64,000 nt of DNA from an uncultured delta proteobacterium (GTDB lineage: Bacteria > Myxococcota > Myxococcia > SLRQ01). Both the position numbers and the translations under genes were made by a program. Numbering within the stretch: the stretch's first letter is position 1; the number at the start of each line of letters is the position of its first letter. Below are positions 49,434-56,979 of this stretch, in pieces. Location of the stretch: positions 64,001 through 128,000 of the forward strand of contig CAVSGM010000002.1 of NCBI GenBank assembly GCA_963727485.1, written 5' to 3'. The notes beneath the pieces are model-generated. The model had not been told where the DNA came from, did no database searches, and worked only from the letters and a program-made list of their open reading frames with translations.

Positions 49434-51224
49434 TCAGCCCCGGATTTCCAGGGGATCCGGCGGCCGCACCACCTCGCCCGAGCGCACGTCGAGGATCCCC
49501 TCCGGGGTGATCCGCCACCCGGGCAGGAAGTCGCAGGAGATGAAGAGCAGGGCGTAGAGGAGGTCGGCGAAGGGGAAGCCGGCGGCCTGAAGGCGGGCGT
49601 CGAGGCGGGCCTGGGCGGCGACGACCTCGGTGAAGGGCGCGGTGGACATCATCCCGGTGAGGGGCAGGGGGACCTCCAGGTCCGCGCCGGTCTCGCCGGC
49701 ACCCCCGTCCCCGGCGACGACGATGCCCCCGCCCAGGTCGACGACGCGGCCGGCGGCCCGGGCCATGGCCAAGGCGTCGCGGCCGAGGACCAGCAGGTGT
49801 GTCGTGGTGTTGTAGGTGCTCGCCATCCCCGCGAGCGCCGGGGCGAACCCCCGGAGGAAGCAGCGCACCGCCCACCGGCCGCCCCGGTCGAGGAGGACCG
49901 CGAGGAGGAGGCCCTCGGGGACGGTGCCGCCGGGGCCAAACGGCGCCTCGCCCCCGGCCCGGGTGATGACGTTGGCGACCATCTCCGCCACCGGGAGGCG
50001 CTCGCCCGCCGCGTAGGGCCGAAACCGCGCCGGGTCCGAGAGGGCGGCGCCGCCCTCGAAGCGCGGGGCCATGGCGAAGTCCGCCCAGGGCACCTCGGGC
50101 ATCGCCACCGTGAGCGCCCCGTCCCGGGCGACCTCGCGGCCCCCGACCCACACCCGCTCGGCGCGGAACGACTCGAGGTCCGGGAGGAGCACCAGGTCGG
50201 CGAGGCGCCCGGGGGCGATGCCGCCGATGTGGTCGTCGACCCGATAGAAGGTCGCCGGGTTCACCGTGGCCATCTGGATCGCGGTCACCGCCGGGATCCC
50301 CCGGGCCACCGCCTGGCGCAGGGCCTCGTCGATGAAGCCCCCCTCGGCGATGAACCCGGGCGAGGGGCCGTCGACGGTGAGCATCAGGCGCCTCGTGTCG
50401 ACCCGGGCCTCGGTGACCGCCCGGGCGAGATCCGGGAGGTCCGGGCGCAGGGAGCTGTGGCGCATGACGGTCCACAGGCCGAGGCGCAGGCGGTCGAGGA
50501 CCTGGGCCTCGGTGATGGCCTCGTGGCAGGCCTGGATCCCCGCGGCGGCGACGGCGTTGAGCTTCTCGTAGGAGGCGCCGGCGGTGTGGCCGTCGGCCCG
50601 GCGCCCGGCGGCGCGGACCGCGGCGAGGGCCTCGAGGAGGCGGGGGTCGCCGTCGTAGGCGAGCGGCCAGCGGGTGACCTCGGCGGTCCCGGCGACGTCG
50701 TCGCGCGCGAGGAGCGGGAGGATCTTCTCCAGGGCGTAGGCCTGAAGCTCGCCGTCCCACTCGGCCTGGGACACCAGGCGCAGGAGCCACCGGTAGCGGA
50801 TGGGCAATCCGCGCAGGGCCTCGAGCATCCGGGTGAAGCCGGCGGCCCCGCCGAGGTGGAAGAAGAAGAGGTTGTCGCAGAAGACCGTGGTGGCGCCCCG
50901 GGGGAGCACGCCCTCGGCCATGCTCACCGGGTTGTAGAGCACCCAGGGGTGGGCGTGGGGCTCGATGAACCCCGGCGAGAGATAGCGCCCGGTGGCGTCG
51001 ACGACCTCGGTCTTCGGCCCCGGTGGCCCGGCGGCGCGGCCCACGTAGGCGATGCGGCCGCCGGCGACGGCGACGTCGGCCGGGAGCAGCTCGCCGGAGT
51101 AGACGTTGACCACCGTGGCCCCGCGCAGGAGCAGGTCCGCCGGCGTCTCGCCCCGGGCGACGGCGGTGAGCCGCTGCCGCTCGGCGACGACGTCCGGGCC
51201 CTCGGGAAAGAGCGCCGCGCTCAC
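49434..51224 (-). CDS. Adenine deaminase family amidohydrolase, YerA/Bh0637 (N6-methyladenine deaminase) subtype
   Basis: NVYSGE, PGFIEPHAHP..LYNP, DGH..GAS..KL, HEA.T, RHSS.RPDL, AT.NPA, G.IAPGR.AD; GTG start 51224. Confidence 0.8.
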   Translation of the reverse strand: MSAALFPEGPDVVAERQRLTAVARGETPADLLLRGATVVNVYSGELLPADVAVAGGRIAYVGRAAGPPGPKTEVVDATGRYLSPGFIEPHAHPWVLYNPVSMAEGVLPRGATTVFCDNLFFFHLGGAAGFTRMLEALRGLPIRYRWLLRLVSQAEWDGELQAYALEKILPLLARDDVAGTAEVTRWPLAYDGDPRLLEALAAVRAAGRRADGHTAGASYEKLNAVAAAGIQACHEAITEAQVLDRLRLGLWTVMRHSSLRPDLPDLARAVTEARVDTRRLMLTVDGPSPGFIAEGGFIDEALRQAVARGIPAVTAIQMATVNPATFYRVDDHIGGIAPGRLADLVLLPDLESFRAERVWVGGREVARDGALTVAMPEVPWADFAMAPRFEGGAALSDPARFRPYAAGERLPVAEMVANVITRAGGEAPFGPGGTVPEGLLLAVLLDRGGRWAVRCFLRGFAPALAGMASTYNTTTHLLVLGRDALAMARAAGRVVDLGGGIVVAGDGGAGETGADLEVPLPLTGMMSTAPFTEVVAAQARLDARLQAAGFPFADLLYALLFISCDFLPGWRITPEGILDVRSGEVVRPPDPLEIRG

Positions 51225-52792
51225 CGCTCGGCCCCGGCGTCCCCCCGGAGCTTGAAGCGCTGGATCTTCCCGGCCGCGGTCTTGGGCAGGCTCTCCACGA
51301 AGTGGATCCGCCGCGGGTACTTGTAGGGCGTGATCTTCTCCTTCACGAAGGCCTTGAGCTCCTCCGCCAGGGCGTCCGACGCGGCGTGCCCCTTGGCCAC
51401 GATCACGTAGGCCTCGGGCTTGGTGAGCCGCTCCTCGGTGACGAAGGGCACCACCGCCGCCTCGAGGACCGCCGGGTGCTCGATGAGGGTGCTCTCCACC
51501 TCGTTGGGGCTCACCCACTGCCCGGAGGTGCGGAACATGTCGTCGGAGCGGCCCGCGTACCAGAGGTACCCGTCGTCGTCGACGTAGTACTTGTCGCCGG
51601 TGAAGAACCACTCCCCGCGCATCCGCTCGCGGGTCAACGCCCGGCGCTTCCAGTAGTAGGGGGCGCTCGAGGGCCCGCGGACCCAGAGGTCGCCCACCTC
51701 GCCGGTGCCCAGCGCCTCGCCGTGCTCGTCGGTGATCTTCACCTCGTAGCCGGGGACGGGCTTGCCGGTGCTCCCGGGCTTCACCTCCCCGGCGCGCGGC
51801 GAGACGTAGATGTGGAGCACCTCGGTGGAGCCGATGCCGTCGAGGACCTCGAAGCCGAAGCGGTCCTTCCACCGGCGGAAGAGGTCCGCGGCCAGAGGCT
51901 CGGCGGCGCTGACCCCGAGGCGCACGCTCGAGAGGTCGTAGGGGTTCTCGTCCTCGGTCTCCTGGAGCATCATCGCGTAGAGGGTCGGCACCGAGTAGAA
52001 GATCGTCGGCTTCTCGGCAGCGGCGATGCGCAGGAGGTCCGCGGGGCGCGGCTTGCCCGGGTGGAGGACGGTGGTGGCGCCCACGCCGAAGGGGAAGAGC
52101 AGGGCGTTGCCCAGGCCGTAGGCGTGGAAGAGCTTGGACGAGGAGAAGGTGACGTCCTCCTCCGAGAGGTCGAGGATGCCCTCGGCGTAGTTCCGGCAGC
52201 ACCAGGTCCAGTCCTGCTGCAGGTGCACCGCGCCCTTGGGCTGGCCGGTGCTCCCGCTGGTCCACAGCCAGAAGGCCACGTCGTCGGGGTGGGTGTCGGC
52301 GGCCTCGGCCTCCTCGGGCTGGCCCTCGAGCCAGGTGTCCCAGGCCATCGCCCCGGGGCGCGCCTCGCCGGTGACGATGACGTGCTTGAGGTGGGGGCGT
52401 CCCCGGAGGATGGGCTCGACCTCGGGCCACAGGGAGCTGTGGACGAAGAGGACCCGGGCCCGGCTCTCGTCGAGGAAGTAGGCGTAGTCCGGGCCCCGGA
52501 GCGCGGTGTTGGTGGGGATGGCGACCCCGCCCATCTTGATGGTGCCGAAGTAGGCGGCGGCGAACTCCGGGGAGTCGGGGAGCAGGAGCAGGGTGCGCTG
52601 CTCCTCCTCGACCCCAAGAGCGCGGAGGCCGCCGGCGACCCGGTTCACCAGCGCGGCGACCTCGGCGTAGGTCAGGGCGCGGCCCTCGGTGCGGATGGCG
52701 ACCTTCCCGCCCCGGCCCTCGGCGAGGTGCCGGTCCACGAAGTCGACCGCGAGGTTGTAGGGGACGGGCAGCGTGAAGCCGTCGTCGGTCAT
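51221..52792 (-). CDS. Benzoate-CoA ligase family aryl-CoA ligase
   Basis: YN.A.DFVDR, FWLWTSGSTG.PKGAVH, KLFHAYGLGN, DGIGSTE.LHI, GRSDDM, YKYPR, PKT..GKIQRF. Confidence 0.9.
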   Translation of the reverse strand: MTDDGFTLPVPYNLAVDFVDRHLAEGRGGKVAIRTEGRALTYAEVAALVNRVAGGLRALGVEEEQRTLLLLPDSPEFAAAYFGTIKMGGVAIPTNTALRGPDYAYFLDESRARVLFVHSSLWPEVEPILRGRPHLKHVIVTGEARPGAMAWDTWLEGQPEEAEAADTHPDDVAFWLWTSGSTGQPKGAVHLQQDWTWCCRNYAEGILDLSEEDVTFSSSKLFHAYGLGNALLFPFGVGATTVLHPGKPRPADLLRIAAAEKPTIFYSVPTLYAMMLQETEDENPYDLSSVRLGVSAAEPLAADLFRRWKDRFGFEVLDGIGSTEVLHIYVSPRAGEVKPGSTGKPVPGYEVKITDEHGEALGTGEVGDLWVRGPSSAPYYWKRRALTRERMRGEWFFTGDKYYVDDDGYLWYAGRSDDMFRTSGQWVSPNEVESTLIEHPAVLEAAVVPFVTEERLTKPEAYVIVAKGHAASDALAEELKAFVKEKITPYKYPRRIHFVESLPKTAAGKIQRFKLRGDAGAER

Positions 52793-53502
52793 GGTGTGCC
52801 TCCGGGTGTCCGCCGGCCGAAGAGGGCGGTGCCGACCCGGACCAGGGTGGCGCCCTCCTCGACGGCGACGATGTAGTCGTGGCTCATCCCCATGGAGAGA
52901 TGGGGCAGGGCGTCCGATGGGGCAACCCCCGCCCGGAGCGCGTCGCGGAGGGTCCGGAGGCGCCGGAAGTGGGGCCGGCTCGCCTCGGGGTCGTCGGCGG
53001 CGGGGGGGATGCAGAAGAGGCCCTCGACGCTTATCCCCGGGAGGTCCGAGGTGGCGCGCCACAGGGGCTCGAGGTCGCCGGGGGCGACGCCGGACTTCGA
53101 GGCCTCGCCGCCGACGTTCACCGCGAGGAGGCAGGGCACCGGCCCGGCCCCGTCGCGCAGGGCCCGCTCGGAGAGGGCCCGGGCGACCTCGAGCCGGTCG
53201 ACCGCGTGGACCATCGCCGCCGGGCCCACCAGGTAGCGGACCTTGTTGGTCTGCACCGGGCCCAGGAAGTGCCAGCGGACGCCCTCGAGGTCGCCCAAGG
53301 TCTTCACCCGGTCCCGGAGGGCCTGGGCGTAGTTCTCGCCGAAGTCCCGGCAGCCGGCGTCGAAGGCCTCGCGGACCGCGGCGTCGGGGTGGGTCTTGGA
53401 GACCGCCACCAGGGTGACCTCCCCGGGGTCGCGATGGGCCCGGGCGCAGGCCGCGTCGAGGTCGGCCCGGACGGTGGCGAGGCGCTCGGCGAAGCCGCTC
53501 AC
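52789..53502 (-). CDS. yggS: PLP homeostasis protein YggS
   Basis: VAVSKT, FGENYAQ, WHFLG..QTNK, LSMGMS.D...AVEEGAT.VRVGTALFG. Confidence 0.95.
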   Translation of the reverse strand: MSGFAERLATVRADLDAACARAHRDPGEVTLVAVSKTHPDAAVREAFDAGCRDFGENYAQALRDRVKTLGDLEGVRWHFLGPVQTNKVRYLVGPAAMVHAVDRLEVARALSERALRDGAGPVPCLLAVNVGGEASKSGVAPGDLEPLWRATSDLPGISVEGLFCIPPAADDPEASRPHFRRLRTLRDALRAGVAPSDALPHLSMGMSHDYIVAVEEGATLVRVGTALFGRRTPGGTP

Positions 53503-54095
53503 CCCTGGTCCTCCCAGGGGAGTCGCACCCCGGCGGTGGCGAGGAGCGCCACCGTCTCGGCCAGGGGCAGGCCGATGACGTTGGAGTGGGAGCCGTCGAT
53601 GGTCGCCACCAGGACCCCGCCGAGGCCCTGGAGCTTGTAGGCGCCGGCGGCGTCGAAGGCCTCGCCGGTGCCCACGTACCAGGCGATCTCCCGCTCCGAG
53701 AGGGGCCGGAAGCGCACCCGGGTGATCACCGCCTGCTGGTGGAGGACGTCCGGGGCCTGCAGCGCGATGCCGGTGACCACCTCGTGGGCCCGGCCGGAGA
53801 GGGCGCGGATCATCTCCGCCGCCTCCTCGGCGCCCGAGGGCTTGCCCAGGACCTCGTCCCCGAGGACCACCACCGTGTCGGCGCCGAGGACGTGGGCCGG
53901 GGCCTCGAGGCGCTCGGCCACCGCCCGGGCCTTCTCGGCGGCGAGGCGCCGGGCGTAGGCGGCGGGGGCCTCGCCGGGGCGCCGGGCCTCGTCGATCCCC
54001 GGGGACTCGGCGCGAAAGGTGAAGCCGAGGGCCCCGAGGAGGTCGCGGCGCCGGGGCGAGGTGGACGCGAGGACGAGCTCGGGGTCGGCGGCCAT
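53499..54095 (-). CDS. maf: Maf family nucleoside triphosphate pyrophosphatase
   Basis: LASTSPRR, IDE, A.EKA, GADTVV, GKP, AGAY, NVIGLP. Confidence 0.93.
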   Translation of the reverse strand: MAADPELVLASTSPRRRDLLGALGFTFRAESPGIDEARRPGEAPAAYARRLAAEKARAVAERLEAPAHVLGADTVVVLGDEVLGKPSGAEEAAEMIRALSGRAHEVVTGIALQAPDVLHQQAVITRVRFRPLSEREIAWYVGTGEAFDAAGAYKLQGLGGVLVATIDGSHSNVIGLPLAETVALLATAGVRLPWEDQG

Positions 54096-54166
54096 GACCG
54101 GCAGACCGTAGCACAGGCCCCGGGATTCGCGGGGACAACCGGGTCCGTTGGGGTATGCTCCCGCGC

Positions 54167-55219
54167 GTGACGGCGCCGCCGACCAAGCGACCGGACGCCC
54201 GGGCCCTCGCCGAGCTCGACGCGGTGGCGGAGATCGGGAAGGTGCTCACCAGCACCCTCGAGCTCCCGGAGGTCCTCAAGCGCATCCTCGAGCGGGTGCG
54301 CGAGATCCTCCGGCCGCGCCGGTGGTCCCTGCTCCTGGTGGACGAGACCGGGCGCCTGCGCTTCGAGGTGGTGGTGGGCGACGGCGCCGAGGCCCTCCGG
54401 GGACGGAGCCTCGAGCCCGGGGAGGGCGTCGCCGGCTGGGTCCAGGAGACCGGCGAGGCCCTGCACCTCGCCGACGCCGGGGCCGACCCGCGCTGGACCC
54501 CGCGCTTCGACGACGCCACCGGGGTCCAGACCCGATCGCTCCTCGCCGTGCCCCTCTCGGTCCGCGATCGGTGCCTGGGGGTCCTGGAGCTGGTCGCCGG
54601 ACCCGAGGACCGGCCCTTCGACGAGGACGACCTCCGGGTCCTCTCCTACGTCGCCGACTACGCCGCCATCGCCATCGACAACGCCCGCAACTACGAGCAG
54701 ATCCAGGCGCTCACGGTCCTCGACGAGCACACGGGCCTCTACAACGCCCGTCACCTCTTCCGCACCCTGCAGATGGAGGCCGAGCGGACCCGGCGCTACC
54801 TCCACCCGGTGTCCCTCATCTTCCTCGATCTCGACCGGTTCAAGACCGTCAACGACACCCACGGCCACCTCGCCGGGAGCGCGCTCCTCCGGGAGGTGGG
54901 CGAGGTGATCCGCGCCGGGTGCCGGAGCACCGACGTCGGGTGCCGCTACGGCGGGGACGAGTTCGCGGTGGCGCTGCCGGAGACGGCGCTGGGGCCGGCC
55001 CTCGACCTCGCCGAGCGCCTGCGCCAGGCGGTCCGCGAGCGGCGCTTCCTCGCCGACCGGGGCCTGGCGGTCCAGATCACCGCGTCCTTCGGGGTCGCCA
55101 CCTTCCCCGACCACGCCGACACCGTCGAGGGCCTGGTGCGCGAGGCCGACCGGGCGATGTACGCGGTGAAGGCGGCGGGCCGGGACGGGGTGCGCGCCGC
55201 CACGGAGACGTCGTCGTGA
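54167..55219 (+). CDS. GAF-GGDEF diguanylate cyclase
   Basis: GAF (GEGVAGWV, TRSLLAVPL, AIAIDNAR), TGLYN.R, DLDRFK.VND.HGHL.G, RSTD I-site, GGDEF; start GTG 54167 or ATG 54155. Confidence 0.92.
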   Translation: MTAPPTKRPDARALAELDAVAEIGKVLTSTLELPEVLKRILERVREILRPRRWSLLLVDETGRLRFEVVVGDGAEALRGRSLEPGEGVAGWVQETGEALHLADAGADPRWTPRFDDATGVQTRSLLAVPLSVRDRCLGVLELVAGPEDRPFDEDDLRVLSYVADYAAIAIDNARNYEQIQALTVLDEHTGLYNARHLFRTLQMEAERTRRYLHPVSLIFLDLDRFKTVNDTHGHLAGSALLREVGEVIRAGCRSTDVGCRYGGDEFAVALPETALGPALDLAERLRQAVRERRFLADRGLAVQITASFGVATFPDHADTVEGLVREADRAMYAVKAAGRDGVRAATETSS

Positions 55220-55235
55220 CCGGGGGGCGGGGCTG

Positions 55236-56934
55236 ATGGCGTCCGCGCGGGGTGGGGTGGCGGCGCTGGCGCCGGAGGTGGCGGCGCCGCAGCTCGGGCC
55301 GGTGAGGGCGCCGGCGGGGGCGACCCTGGGGGAGCGGGCCACGGTGGCGGTGGCCGCGGCGCTCCTTCTGGCCTGCGTGGTGCCCTTCTGGAGCGGCACC
55401 TTCCTGCCGCTGCTCGACCTCCCGGAGCACCTGGCCCTGGCCACGGTGATCCGCCACCTCGGCGACCCGGCCTGGGGCTTCGGCCACACCTACCACCTGG
55501 CCCTCGGGCCCCTGCCGTACTGGGGCTTCTACCTGCCCACGGTGCTCCTGGGGCTGGTCCTGCCCATCCCGGTGGCGGCCAAGGTGGTGTTCTCGGCCTA
55601 CGCCCTGGGGGTGCCGCTGGGGGCCGCCGACGTCCTCGACGCCTTCGGCCGCGACCGGCGCCTGGCGGTGTTCGCGGTGCCCCTGGTCTTCTCCGCCGAC
55701 CTGTTCATGGGCTTCGCCAGCTTCCTGGTCTCGATCCCCCTGTGGCTCTTCGCCCTGGCGGCCATGGAGCGGTTCCTCGCCCGGCCGGCGGGGGAGGGCG
55801 CGCGCCGGCGGGCGCTGGCGGCGGCGGGGCTCACCGTGGCCGTCTACTTCGCCCACGGCCAGAGCGTGCTCCTGCTCCTGTGCGCCCTGGGGGTGCTGTG
55901 GGTGGCCCACGGCCTGCACGGGCGGAGCCTGTGGCCCTTCGCCCCGGTGGCGGCGCTCACCGCCTACTGGATCGCCACGGTGGTGGCCCGACCGGCGTCG
56001 GCCATCGCCTCGCCCCTGCACCTGGCCATGTTCCGGCGCTTCCACATGGTGGGCCGGGTCCAGTGGAACACCCTCTCCCAGAGCCTCGACCGCTTCGGGC
56101 GCTACCTCTTCGACGCCTTCCCGGGCCTCGTCCCCGACGTCCTGTGGCTCACGCTCCTCGGCCTCTTCGCGGTGCTCCTGGCGCTCCAGCCCCCGCGGCC
56201 GGTGCCCGAGGACGACGGCGCCCGGGGGGGCTGGGTGCGCCTCGTCCACCGCTGGCGCCTCGAGCTCCTCGCCCTGGGGCTCCTCGCCTCGTACTTCGTC
56301 TGCCCCATGACCCTCGGCCTCCAGTGGTACGTGAGCCCCAGGCACCTGGTCTTCGCCGCGCTCCTGGCCCCGGCGCTCCTCGGCCCCCGGGCGCTGGCCG
56401 GCTGGCGAAGGTGGCTCCTGGTCCCGGTGGTCGCCCTGGCCCTCGCCATCTCCGCCTTCGTGGCCGCCCGGATCCACGCCTTCGACGCCGAGACCGCCGG
56501 CCTCCGGGCGCTCGTCGCCGAGGCGCGCCCCCGGGGGCGGACCCTGGGCCTGCCCTTCGACAACGGCTGGGGCCACCCCACCACCACCTGGCCGCTGCTC
56601 CACGCGGAGGCGTACTTCCAGGTCCACGGGGGCGGGGACCTGGGCTACTCCTTCGCGGGCCTGCCCTCGATCCCCGTGCGCTACCGCCCCGGCGCCCAGG
56701 CGCCGCACCCCTACGAGTGGCGGCCCCGGGAGTTCTCCTGGGACCGCTTCGGCCGGTACTACGACCGGGTCCTGGTCCACGGCCGGGCCGACCCGGCCGT
56801 CGCCGCGGCCCTCACCGCCCACGCCTTCCGAGTGCTGCGCGCCGGGCGCTGGACCCTCTACGTCCTCGACCGGCCCGGCGCCGACGTCGGGGCCCCGGGA
56901 ACGATCCGCTCGAGGTCGCCTCGGCGGCGCTTGA
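55236..56934 (+). CDS. Polytopic membrane protein, possibly GT-C-like; stop codon apparently lost through one extra base
   Basis: About 11 TM helices, PLLDLPEHLA first-loop motif, soluble C-terminal domain ending WTLY; beyond about 56900 the frame becomes Arg/Pro-rich shadow sequence; a +1-frame TGA lies at 56932-56934. Confidence 0.65.
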
Positions 56935-56979
56935 CCCCTGGCGCCCGGGGCGGTTCGATGCCCGCAAGGAGATCTCCAC

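Noticed and set aside
44025..51224. Pathway linking methylamine from the deaminase to the sarcosine-oxidase-like genes (N-methylglutamate route)
   Set aside because: No gmaS or mgs genes, no THF-binding domain or gamma/delta subunits, and the modules are separated by opposite-strand genes
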